From Fimicolochytrium jonesii (Eukaryota): a stretch of DNA of 64,000 nucleotides. Below are positions 48,100 through 59,716 of this stretch, in pieces (positions within the stretch are counted from its first letter, which is position 1; every line of letters starts with the position of its first letter). Position numbers and translations under genes: made by a program. Below the pieces are notes generated by a model. It made no database searches and was not told where the DNA came from. It worked only from the letters and a program-made list of their open reading frames with translations. The stretch is from positions 248,001 to 312,000 of the forward strand of contig NW_026515676.1 of the NCBI RefSeq assembly GCF_025526975.1, in the 5' to 3' direction.

Positions 48100-49506
48100 T
48101 CATCCTCGAGTGTCTGTCGGCAAAAGGGAATTGTAATGCTCTCCCAGGCCGTATGCATGTCGATGATATCTGTGAACACGGGATGGTGGTTGCGTCAGCA
48201 TTCCATCAAGGGGTCACACGTTGCAATCCCTCCTCCAAGCACTCACGAAACAAATAATGGCTCAGCATCCAAGTCCTCTCCAATCTTCAACACGGGCGTT
48301 CCCATTTGGACCACATGTATCGGCATTTCCAACGCGCATGAGATTGCTTGCAGCTGCAAACATTGGAAGGGTGAGCAGCGCCTTCAACCATTAACCATCG
48401 CTCATCACCCATCCCTCAGTGCCAGTACCTCAGTCTGCCCACCCCACGCTGCCGTGTTCTCCACCTCATCACAGTAAGCTGTGTAATCCTCCAGTGTGAA
48501 CATATCGCCAGCGTTGGTCACAAGAAGGGGAGGAAGTCATCTGGATGACCTCGTAGGAAGTCCGCTGCTATCCTTCTCAGGTCCTTATATGTCTGTGATT
48601 CAATAGCGTGTGAGAAGTTCGATCACCGCATCACCCGGAAACGCGAGCAGAAACGCACCTTTCCGTCCGCCGCACCTTTTGCCGCCAGCTGATCCACGAT
48701 CGCATTGTACATGCTAAAAAAAGCGGTATAAGTATCGCGGCCTGTTTCCCTCTAGACCCCATGTGAACCTTCACAGATCCGTACCAATGTCCATCAGGCG
48801 GAATCTGCTTTATTCTCAAATTCATAGGTCCCAACATGTTTGCAATAGCATTTTCTTCAATCTCCTTATGATTCACGGAATTCTTCGCCTCTTGTGCCGC
48901 CTGCCGCCGAATCGCGTCGAACTCTGCTGCTTTCCGTTGCTACAGGATTGAGGGTGAGATGTCTTTCTCAAATGAAAACGCAACTGAAAATGCCAATGTT
49001 GTACCTTTCGTAATTGCGCTTTGTTCGGCTTGCGCTTCCGCTCTTGTGGTGTACCAGGGGTTGAGCTGTCCTCTCCCTCTCAAGTCTTCTGCTGCGTCTT
49101 CTCCAGGCCTGTCAACCTTTTGCCGGGAACTGGTCAGCAGCCCCTCTCCCACAAGCGTTCTGCAACACAGGAACGCTGTACCTCTTCCGCAGTGTCAGCT
49201 CCAGCGGCCGTGACGGTGGCCTGTGCCGCCTTCTGTTCGAGATCCTTTTTCTCGTTTGTATGTCTATCGTCCAACTCCTTTTCCAGTAGTGCCACCTGCA
49301 CCTGAACTTCCTTTTTCTGTTGGAATGACCGATTGACACCAATTCTTTAGAGATGCCCTTAAACTGATGCAAGGTGTGCTATCCCCGCAAAACAATGGAC
49401 GGGAGTAGTACCTTCTGCTTGTTGCCTCCAACTGACTTCTTTAAGGTAGTAATCTTCCCATTCAAGTCCTTGAGTCCTTCCGGTGTCTCGCCAAGAGGTC
49501 CTCCAT
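48100..49506 (-). pseudogene. OTU2/OTUD6B-like deubiquitinase with three frameshifts
   Basis: MEDLLARHRK, RKPNKAQLRK, QIPPDGH|C, HPDDFLPF, NTAAWGGQTE and YHRHAYGLGEHYNSL. Single-base frame breaks at about 49475, 49080 and 48521, each leaving an in-frame TGA. Confidence 0.8.
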
Positions 49507-49599
49507 GGTTTCCCTTGTCTCCTGCTCTCTGCGAGTGTCCCGGCTGCAATGTCGTTGCCGCCTCCAGGGAAGACTGGCGTGGACTTTCTGAATCTTTTC

Positions 49600-49653
49600 G
49601 CATGTAACCCTAACTGTAAGTTACAGTATTTCGCACGTCCTCTCGCGCGGAAG
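49600..49653. promoter_or_regulatory. Telobox-containing motif in the OTU2/SYF2 divergent promoter (copy 1)
   Basis: GCATGTAACCCTAACTGTAAGTTA is identical to 59087-59110, and both copies are followed by TCGCGCGGAAG. Confidence 0.5.
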
Positions 49654-49759
49654 CCCTGCCAGAGTTCCTGCACAGACAGAATCGCATTCTGGTGACATTC
49701 TGCATTTGCATTCCACCACAAACCCACATCCCATCCCTACCTCACCAAATAACGCAAGA

Positions 49760-51233
49760 ATGCCACCTAAGAAACGTAAGGCAGGAGCAGCCCCCGCTAA
49801 ATCCCGCAAAAAAGCGGCCGCACCCGCAAAACAAGAAGAAGAAATAGAAACGCCAGTACCAATACCACCACCGGAGGAGACTGGTGATCGCTCACAGTCG
49901 GAGGAAGTAGAAGAAGAACGGGCATCATCAACAAGAGCGTCAAAGCGGCGAAAAGGTTCGGCTAGCCAGGATGTCGTTGCCTCACAGCCTATAGAGGTTG
50001 CATCCACTGCAAAAGCACCAGCGAGAGGCAAGCGCGGCCGCCCTGCCGCCGACGAATCGACAACACTAGCAGTCACCGAAGAAAGCGTCGAGGAACGCGG
50101 TGGGCGGAAAGTGACGAAGAAGGTGCGCAGGGAGGAGGGTGCGTTGCCGGAGGGGAAGACTGTAGCGGTTACGGTCGAGACGGTGACGGTGGAGAAGGTT
50201 CCTGTTGGGGAAGTGGTAACGGAGAAGGGCGAGCAGTCGGCGAAGGAGAAGTTGGCGGAACGGATGAAGAAGTTGCAGGATCTTAAGAAATTAAGGGTGT
50301 GTAGCCCCTTCATCATTAGTTGCATCAACGGTTTTTCGCGAATGGGTTCTGATACGACTGGTGGGTTTTGTAGAGCGAGTCCCAGAAGGCGAATAGGGAA
50401 GACGTGAAAGCCGAGTTCCGAAAGAAGCAGGAGAACCCCAAGGAAGCGATACGGCAGGAACGCAAGCGGGATAAAGCGGCGACGTTACTTGCCAAGGAGG
50501 TTCGTCCAGAATCAAATGGCAGATTGGCAAGGGAACCTGATTCTAACCCCTTCTTGACGATAGACGGCAGATTTGGGCGGGCAAGATTACGAGCGCCTAC
50601 GGTCGATGAACTACTCGATAGAGGATGTCGAGCGGTGGGAGGAGAAAGAGAGGGAGAAGGAGGAGAATGCCGATAAAGGGTTCACAGGTACATTCTTAAA
50701 TAACGCTCCGTCCCCTTCTTCACCGTCCATACTTGTAACTCACCTCTCTCTCTCATAAATCAAAAGACCACGCCCAAGTCCAAGCCCGCAAATACAACAA
50801 CCTTATCCGCTCCCTCAAACCCAATCTCGACACCTACACCGACCAAAAAGCCCACGCCCACATCGACGCAGCCGGCGACAACGCCTTCTTCCCGGACGCC
50901 AACTCCCTCGCGTACGCCAACCCGGAGGTCAAGACCAGTTCTCAGGGGGTGCAGAGGGTTGTGGCGGATTTGAAGAAGCAGTTACGTTTTGGGGTTTTCA
51001 TACGTATTCTTTGGGTGTTGGAAATCTTTGAGTGGGACTGACCCTTCTTTTTTACAATCCTTTTTAGGAACGAGAAAAGAGCAACCTTCTCCCGCCGCCG
51101 CGAATTCAACGAGGACGACGACGTTACGTACATCAACGAGCGGAATATGCATTTCAACAAGAAGATCTCGCGCGCTTATGATAAGTATACGGCGGAGATT
51201 AAGGCGAATTTCGAGAGGGGAACTGCGTTGTAG
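49760..51233 (+). CDS. SYF2: Pre-mRNA splicing factor Syf2 with N-terminal extension
   Basis: [86 protein letters not shown]. Confidence 0.95.
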
Positions 51234-51533
51234 GTTCCGAGATGGGTGGTTGTGCGTTGGAAGCACCTGATATGTGATACGAGTCACTGTAATTCGAAAC
51301 TGGAGACGGCTTTGGCCTACTCCACAGTTTCTTTCCCATTGCTGGGTTTTGTACATTTTTATAATTATGGCAACGTTTTTCATATGCAATGCATCAGCTC
51401 GCCAAATGCCCTCTATAGTATAGCGGTCCGAAGAACGGACGAGTCTAATCCTGCCTCTATTCCAAAAAAAAGAAAAAGTGTCTGTGATTCTATCTATAAA
51501 GGGTCCTTTCAAAGATAAAAAGTGTCTCAATCG

Positions 51534-52406
51534 TCAACCGGGGGGCTTTACCGCATCCTTCTCCTTCCCACCACTCTGCACCACCGTCGTCGTCTTCCCA
51601 TCCCCAGCACCACCCAACTCCTCCGCACACCCACACTTCCACTCCTCATTCACCCTCGTACAATCAAACACCGCCTTTCTCAACCGCTCATTAACCTTAT
51701 TATGCGCCTCACATGCCCATTGCGATATGGTCGCGCGCGAGGTGACGTCGGGCGGGAGGGCGGTGAGGATTTGGGCAAAGTGGCGGGCGCTGGAATGAAT
51801 CAGTTTATCAGATTTCGTGAGATGATGAACGAAGACAGGGATAAGAATTATGGGATGGGAGGTGGGAACGCACCAGTCGCCACAGGGGTATAACCTCGCA
51901 AACAGATATATATAATCGCGCATGGCGGTCTGCTCGTCCTCGGTGGGCTCTTCGGGAAACTTGCCGGCCATGGTGTGTAGCACGCGCCATGCTGCTCGGC
52001 CTAGTTCGGCCCTATTGCGATGAAGCTGCATCAGTTGTCTATTCACCCTATATATGATCGTGCCAGGTTGACAATTCCACCCGCCGTGGGAAAAAAAGGT
52101 GTTCCAACAACCGAAACGCATATGGACGTGAGATACTCACTTCAATGTCTCATTCCCCATCATGCTCATAATAACCGCCCCCGGCTTTCTCACTGCCTGC
52201 AACTGTCCTGCCCCTATCCTCCCCGACGACACCGTGCCCTGCTTTTTAGCGGCATTTGGAACATTTGGGATGTTGTTGGTGAGAGCGAAGGACGAGGAGC
52301 GGGCAGAGAGGGCGGAGGAGTTTTGGGAGAATGCTGCGAGGGTGAGGAGGAAGACTGTGCAGGCGAGCAGAGCGAGGAGAGTGTAGGTTGGGCGGATGGT
52401 GGGCAT
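51534..52406 (-). CDS. ERV2: FAD-linked sulfhydryl oxidase, ER-type (Erv2)
   Basis: N-terminal TM, MGNETLK|AELGRAAW..LHT, LYPCGD|xARHF, WACEAHNKVNERL..FDC and the C-terminal CGC shuttle motif. Confidence 0.92.
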
Positions 52407-52699
52407 GTAGGGAGTGGTGGGGAGAGGGGAGAAGGGGGATGGAATTGTGCGAGTTCTAATAGGGAATTGCTAACGACGCTACCCGTGTTTGCAATCCACG
52501 CTGCCCTCCCCAACTCCCACTGCCCCACTGACGACGAACACTGAGCGTCGTCGGAGACGCACTCTCCTAGATCCCCACTCGGACGCACACCATAGATACA
52601 GTACATAGATCCTCCTGTCTCTGGCCCCCGTCTTGGAACTATACTCAACCCAGCCACCCCGTTTGTTACACTCCCACACTCCCGAGAATTTTGTCGAAA

Positions 52700-54755
52700 A
52701 TGGACTCCACTGCAACGTCAACCTCAAAGAAACGGCCCCAGGAGACCGAACGTTCCGCCTCTCCATCCACCACCTCCACAGCTGCCACCTCCACCTCCAC
52801 GCCTTCCAAAAAAGCCAAACATCGTCATATCGAACACCACGTCACATGCACAGACGATCCCAACTGCCGCGGATGTTCCGCCGGCGAGGTGGTCATCACT
52901 TTCACCGCCACCCCGGACAACGCTGACGGTAACGAAGGTGGTGACGACGCCTCAACGGCCACAGCTTCACAAAGCGATCCGTCCGCTGCTCAGCTGTATC
53001 GCATGGCCCTGCAGGAACGGGAGGACCTAGAGAACCGGAGGGCGGATATCAAAGAGAGGGAGCGGAAGAAAAAAGCGGCGACCAATTCCGCCGGGAACGA
53101 AAGTGCTGGCGCTGGCGCCACCGCCGCGAATGGAACATCTGCAACATTTCCAACAACAACAGAAGACGGCGGCGGAAAGGACGAACAATTGAATGATGAT
53201 GAAGACGACCTCCAAGGCCGCCGCAAAGTCGTCATCAAGCTCTTCGAACTAGCCATCGACAAATTCGAAGCCGAGACCCGCGTCCCCGCCACCACACCCC
53301 GTACCGAAAAACCCGCATTCGATTTCTCCACGGGGAGCCCAACCGATACCCGTGAGCTTGGCGGGAAGCTCATGTTCGGGTCCTGTCTCCTTGATTTCGG
53401 ATCGTTTTTCCCGTTACCAGAGTACATTGAACGCAGCGTGGATCTGTTTTCCGAGTGTGTGGCGTTTCTGGAGACGGATCAGGGCACGGCGGCGAGGGGC
53501 TCGTGGGGCGCTGGCGCCGCGTTGTTTGGCCTGGCGAGGGCAAAGATGGAGCTGTTGAGGAATCGGTATGAGACAATGGCCGATGCAGATGAGGAGGCTG
53601 AGAGCGATGATAGCGATGATAGCGATGAGGAGGACAAGAGGGGCGGTGGTAATGCGGCGGGGAAGCCGAGTGCAGGCCGGAAACTGTTGTCCTTTGAAAC
53701 GGAGGACACGCTGATTGCAGAAGCCAAGACTGCTGTCGACAAGGTATGGCTTGATATCGCAAAAAGGCAACCCCAATTCCCCACTCACGACTTCGAGTAT
53801 AGGGCCTGGCACTGGTATCCCGCGACAAGGACGCCTTCGTAGTGCAATGCGTCTCCGCCGCCCTCCTCTTCCGTGGCCACGCTCAACTGCAACGCGAACG
53901 CTACGTCGCCGGTCTAGATCGCCGTTAGTTCTCCATGTCCCAATTCCTGCCCATTGCAACGCAAATCTCAAACCTCATTTCGTTCTTTGGTTTTTCCAGA
54001 CTCAACCCGCTTCACAAAAACCTTCACAACAGCCCTGCACTACCTCAACGAAGCCCAATCCGCCCACCCGCAAGCAACGTCCTTCCACATTGAGGCCCTC
54101 GAGGCACGCGGCGCTTGTTTGTATTACCTTGCGGCCGAGCAGGCTGCGCAACTCGACGAGGACGAGGATGAGGACGAGGAACCCGAGTCCGAAACGGAGG
54201 GTGACAAGAAGGACGGGAAGAAAGGGGAGAAGGATGGGAAGAAGGAGCAGAGAAGAGAGACATTGGAGATGGTGCACGAAGCCGAAACAGCCCTCCGCGT
54301 CGCCATCAAAATCTGCGAGAACGCCAAACTGGAGGCCGGGAAACACGTCGTGCCTGAACTGCATCTCGTAAGTTCTCAAAAAAAAACAATGAATCATCAC
54401 CGAGGTGTGTTTTTTTTCCGTGGGTTGTTGACTTTATTTTTTTTTGGTTTAGTTGGCCCAAACCCTCCTCCTCCGCACCAACCTCGAATCCGACGAATCA
54501 AAGACGATGGAGCTGTTCCACGAGGCGGTGGTTTGTCTTCGGAGAGCTTTTGAGTTGGATCCTGGTACGTTTTCAAGAACAATCCCCTCGTCTTTTGCCC
54601 CCCTTCATTCAACTAACTGATGGGATGGGCATGTTTTCTTTGTTTTAGATAATGAGGAGATCCACTCGCAGTTGGAGCAGATGGGCGTTTTTGATGAGAC
54701 TAGTGGGAGTGAGAGTGGGGGCAGTGCGGGTGGGGAGAGTGATGGGGAGGAATGA
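52700..54755 (+). CDS. Uncharacterised helical-repeat (TPR-like) protein with acidic loops, likely nuclear
   Basis: Long spliced ORF with basic NLS-like N-terminus (KKRP, KKAK), an H..C....C..C cluster, amphipathic helices (KLFELAIDKFE, IERSVDLFSEC, EALEARGACLYYLA) and D/E tracts. Confidence 0.65.
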
Positions 54756-57149
54756 AGGCAAAGATGGGAAGGATATATTAGGCCACGTTGAGCGTGGCTG
54801 CCGACGCGCGATCTGGGTTGGGCATGGGCACTGCGTGCGGGGGATCCCCACTCCCACCTGGACATTCTCGTTCCCACTGAGCAAAGCGAGCTCCGGAAAC
54901 GCAACACGAACCATCCATGGCACGCACGCAAATCTCGCCTCCCCCTATCCCCCTATCCCCCCCCCCCCCCCCAATGCGAGAGGACACATCAAGTAACACG
55001 CCTGGGCCGTCCGCCCCAATTGGACACCAGGCGGTGTTCCCCACACTTACGTTTGAACCTGCCATTCCCCCACATTATTTACAGTACATTTTCTTTTTTC
55101 CCCTTGTTCATTATTATAACCCAATTAGGCATTTCCGCTTTTGATGTCCCTCCCCATCCCAGCATTTACATCTACGCTCTCTTCCGCGCTGGACCGGAGT
55201 TTGCACACGTTCTCCCGCCTCCCTCCCGCCCCCCAATATTTTATCGCACGCAAGATGAATGCATCGAAGGACCCAGCGACGCTATCGAGGAGGCCTGTTT
55301 GCCCCTCTACGACGCTCAAACACGATGTGCGTGATATGGTCTAAATTTTTGGTGAATGCGTGATGCAGTACAGCGGGTGCCGAGCGCACGGTCAGTAGAC
55401 CTTTTCGAAGATCTCTACCGGGTGGCGGTGCTCCAACGCCTTCGAACCCACTCAACTGTACCATACACAATCCCCTCCCGCGAAATCCAAAACTCCAAAA
55501 GCGCGCAAAGAAAGCCCGCATATAACACACACAAATCTACGCAAACATATCGTCTTCCTCCTCCTCGTCTTCCACTTGCACTGGAACCTGCCTCTCCTCC
55601 CGCCCCATCCACCTCGTCTCCCAAATCAAGACCCACATCCGATGCCTGTTCCTCGTCCAAGGGCTCACGGGCTAATCATCTTGTTCATCCGCTTCCTCCT
55701 TAGCAAAGGAGAAGGAAAAAGCAGACGCCTTGACACCACGCGTCTACTACCGACACCATGAGCAATGGGATTATACGGGTTCGGGCCTGTGACCCCCTTG
55801 CATGTGGAAATCATACCCCTACGCAGAAGATCGCTCCACTCCTCTGGGAACAAGCGGCATGCGCGTCATGGCATGCTGGATAGTACTACGTACTGTGCAT
55901 ACTTCCTTTTTCTATAATGCCGTTGGCGTTTGAAGCGCCAGCGTCATCAACCTCCCTCTTAATCAGTTAGCGGCCCGACGCGATGCGATCAAATCGACTC
56001 TGAAGGCGACGCACGACAGTGGGGATGTCCGGTGCGGCGTCAGAATGCCACCCCCAAAATGCCGCATGGAGTCTGCTGTACAAGCTGGTTGACCAAGCTC
56101 GTTGACTGTTGATGCTAGGTGCTAGTAATCGTTCTTGCATACTGCCTCGGGTTAGAGCTCCTTCACACCCAACACGGTATTCTTCTACATCAAACGGGAT
56201 ATACGAACAATATCATTAAACGATTCGGCATGGAAAACGCTCATCCGCGCAAAACGCGCTTACCTCAACGAAGTACAACATGCGAGAAGGATATATATCG
56301 ACCAAAAGATGACGATGAGGCTGTCCTAGATGCCGATACACCGTATGCCGCCGCCATAGGAGCGTTGATGTACCTTGCCAACTGCACGCGTCCAGATATA
56401 TCCTTCGCCGTCCACTGTCTTGCCCGCTCGACGAAAGAACCGACACAACGACACTGGATGGGTGTGAAAACATTCTGCGGTATCTAAAAGGAACCAGCGA
56501 CCTCGGTCTATTCTACGAGAAAAAGGAGAACAAGGCTTTGGTTGGCTACTCCGACGCCGGATACCTCTCAGATCCACATACCGCAAAATTGCAAACTGGA
56601 TACGTTTTTCTTCACGGCGGAACCGCAATATGTCACCGATCCACGAAACAACCCGTCGTCGCAACATCCTCAGACCACGCTGAACCATCGCCCTACATGA
56701 AGCAACCCGGGAAGCCATTTGGTTACGGATGATGATCAACCATGTGGAATCTACGACGAGAAGAGGCAACACCTGCCATGAACGTAACAACGATATTCGA
56801 GGATAACTCCACATGCATCATCCAAATCGCCCACGGCTTCATTAAAGGCGATAGAACCAAGCACATCGAGCCCAAGGTTTATGCCTACATCCGTCAAGAG
56901 AATGCGAAAACGATTAATGTCACTCAGATCAATACGCACGACAACGTTGCGGATATATTTACCAAATCCCTAGATGAAAACAAACACTGGAAGTTTGTTC
57001 ACGCTCTAGGATTGCGCCGAACAGCCGATGTTGCCTGATACGACGATGCGCATCTTTTCCTACTCCCAGGATCTATTTTTTCCTCACGGAGGTTTTTATG
57101 ACTGGGAGAGGTTTTTTACCGAGGCATCCACGACTACGACGGCGAAGCG

Positions 57150-57345
57150 GTCGCGGAAGTTGATAGCGTATCGCGAGGCTGCCCCTATTCCGGGCTGTCT
57201 CAAGCGATCGTGACGTGAAGAGCGAATCGCGAGGCTGCACCTATTCCGGGCTGTCTCGAGCGATAGCGGAAGTTGATAGCGTAGCCAACCGCGAGGCTGC
57301 CCCTATTCCGGGCTGTCTCTAGCGATCGCGAAGTTGAGAGCGAAA
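57150..57345 (+). repeat. Three ~56-62-bp tandem repeats in the Copia 3' UTR
   Basis: CGCGAGGCTGC(C/A)CCTATTCCGGGCTGTCTCnAGCGAT at about 57172, 57228 and 57290. Confidence 0.9.
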
Positions 57346-57411
57346 CGATCAGAATGCAATGCGACCGCGACTGCCACTGCGACTGAATTCGATCTGCAGT
57401 CTGAGAGGGAG

Positions 57412-57529
57412 TGTTATATTCAGCACAGCTCCCGCAGATAGAAAGCTGGTGTGTGCAGACCGTCCGTTCGAATGTCTATAAAACGAGTGGTGTATGTGAA
57501 GGAGAATTAAAGTAACGAGTTCCACAACA
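57412..57529 (+). repeat. 3' LTR, 118 bp
   Basis: Starts TGTT immediately after the PPT and ends AACA. Contains TATAAAA and ATTAAA. Confidence 0.75.
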
Positions 57530-57729
57530 CTTGCTGACTCGCAGGGTCCAGTGGGATTCGAGACCGTCTGTTCGCACAAAGACCAGAAGACCCCTGTCCA
57601 AGATCGCTCCCTCAGGAAACCGACCCCCCCCACCACCCCCTATCGGTCTCACCCATACATAAGTCTCTAGGGACAAGCACCCTCACAGATACTTCCCCCC
57701 CGTCCCATTATCGTGTATATATATAGACT

Positions 57730-58765
57730 ATGACAGATATCACAGAAGCTGCCGCAAAGAAACTGCGGGTGCCCGAACTAAAGACAGGTATGCAGAGTCC
57801 TCACGATTCACTCTCAGGCTCCGCGTTCTTTTCCTCCGTTCGGACGTCCTTATCCACAATCAACTCCTCACTCAGAGCTGGCAAAGTTCAACCTCCCCAC
57901 AACTGGAAGGAAGGAAGATCTCCTCGCCCGACTTTTGGAGCACCTCGCGAAATCGAGTGGGGGTTCCACAGCACCATCTGGGACTACTACCACCACAACC
58001 ACCGCATCTTCCAAGATCAGTAACACTCCCGTCAAGAGTGACTCTATCCGGATGCCAACGATGACTACTGCCACGCCTCTTTCGGCCAAATCCCCCACGG
58101 GCGCGCCAACTATCACGGGTCCGGACGGGCAACACGCGCCACCAGCTGGTGATAAGGTAAGTCCGTGGAAGAGTGCCCCGAGGCGTAATCATGAAAGTAT
58201 TCATCGCGCTCAACATCCTCCTATCTTTGGCAGGCTGCAATGACGGAAGAAGAGCGGCGAATAGCTAGGGCAAAGCGATTTGGAATACCTGTCGAACCGG
58301 CTGCCCCTGCAGACGCAAAGACGACAACGACGGCAGGACCAAAGCAAGCTGCCGCTGCGAAACCTGCCAAAGAGGTTGCGAAACCCGCTAGGCCAGCATC
58401 AGGCTCCAAGGCTCAGGCTCCAGCTGCGGCACTACCACCGGTTAAGGTATGCACATCTGTAGCAAACGCGTATCTTGAGGCCATTGTTGGAGCACTCATC
58501 AAATAGCCATTGCGCGTCCGTTTCCCAGCTCGACCCGGCAGTGCTCAAAAAGCGTCAAGAGAAATTCGGAATCGTGAATGAAGATCTCCCTAAACTCATT
58601 GCCAAAGCAGAAGAGGAAGAGAAGAAGAGGAAACGCGCGGAACGATTTGGAAATCCTGTTCCTGAGGTATGGACTCCCGGCAAACGATACCGAGCATGTA
58701 TGGGAGGACTTACTCGACATCTTTCACGTCAGCCTACCGGTGAACCCAAGAAACAAAAGGTCTAG
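57730..58765 (+). CDS. SAP-domain mRNP export factor (Tho1/SARNP/MOS11 family)
   Basis: SAP domain KKLRVPELKT|ELAKFNLPTTGRKEDLLARL and repeated motifs RIARAKRFG, LKKRQEKFG and KKRKRAERFG. Confidence 0.9.
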
Positions 58766-59074
58766 AGAAAAAGAATGTATGATTAACTTTGTGATGCCTC
58801 TGTGGTGTTCCGTCGATGCTTTCTATAGCCATGTCCCCTTTGAGCCGCCCTGCCTTCAATTGGTTCCGAGCCATTATGGGCATCGAAATGGACGACAATT
58901 CAGGAGCCGAGGGCTTCATGTGTTTTACATATGGTTAGGTGGTTTTTAGCACCTGGCGCTGAGTAGGGTTCGAGCGTGCGGATATGGATTCTCGTACATT
59001 TTATGGGCTTGGAACAAATATACCGTATTCCAAACCAACGAACGCTTGTTGGCTTTTGAGCTGTGTGTGCAGCA

Positions 59075-59123
59075 ACCCTAACTCGTGCATGTAACCCTAA
59101 CTGTAAGTTATTTCGCGCGGAAG
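59075..59123. promoter_or_regulatory. Telobox-containing motif (copy 2) with TTTCGCGC
   Basis: Two AACCCTAAC units, 24-bp identity with 49600-49623, followed by TTTCGCGCGGAAG. Confidence 0.45.
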
Positions 59124-59716
59124 GAACTTAAGCGTTCGTCACTTGGGAGGAACGAGATCCGCTGCTGCCGAAGCCAAAGCATCGGCGCGCCTGAGCCAGC
59201 GCTAAACGGTCCATAGTCTCGAAGTTCAATAACTCTCAGTCTGCGCTTCAGCCACATTTTTAGGAGGCGGATGTAGATGGAGGTCGCCTAAGAATGCTCT
59301 ATCAATCCGGCGAGGAATATTCGATTATTAGATAGGACGCGCCGAAAGAGAACTGCGAGACCATCCGGCTCTCGAATCCACCCCACGGGATTTCGACATG
59401 TCGGAAACGCGCTGTCGCTTTCCTCCGTTTCCGTCCTGCCTTCGCCCGTTGCATCCTCCCTCCCAAAGGAAGGTCCCCGTTATGTTCAACAAGAAGATTG
59501 CGTGTACAGCTGCTTCGTAAACCTTGCACACCTGTGTATAGGTGTATAGGTGTATTATATAGCGCTATCCAAAGGTCAATCATACCCTGCTTCGTCCCTC
59601 GGGCTTGGCTCATATACATCCATATTTTCACGCCGTTTGTTTCCTTCTACGCCTGATCATTCCGTGTCCTCACTTATGTCCTCGCATCCAAAATGTACGC
59701 CCCTTCCAAACCTGGT

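Larger units (their letters stand above)
56134..57529 (+). mobile_element. 5'-deleted Ty1/Copia retrotransposon (partial RT, RNase H, PPT, 3' LTR), frameshifted
   Basis: YCLGLE..LHQTGY, YAAAIGALMYLANCTRPDISFAV, VGYSDAGYLSDP, IFEDN, KGDRTKHI, NVADIFTKSL. Polypurine tract GAGAGGGAG (57403-57411) precedes a TGTT..AACA LTR. Confidence 0.92.

Noticed and set aside
55140..56100. Protein-coding gene in short ORFs on both strands
   Set aside because: Stops and frame changes throughout with no recognisable motif. Probably decayed sequence.
57150..57345. CRISPR-like array (three ~37-bp repeats with short spacers)
   Set aside because: The spacers resemble each other (GAAGTTGA.AGCG), the array lies in a Copia 3' UTR of a eukaryote, and there are no cas genes. 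It is a tandem repeat.
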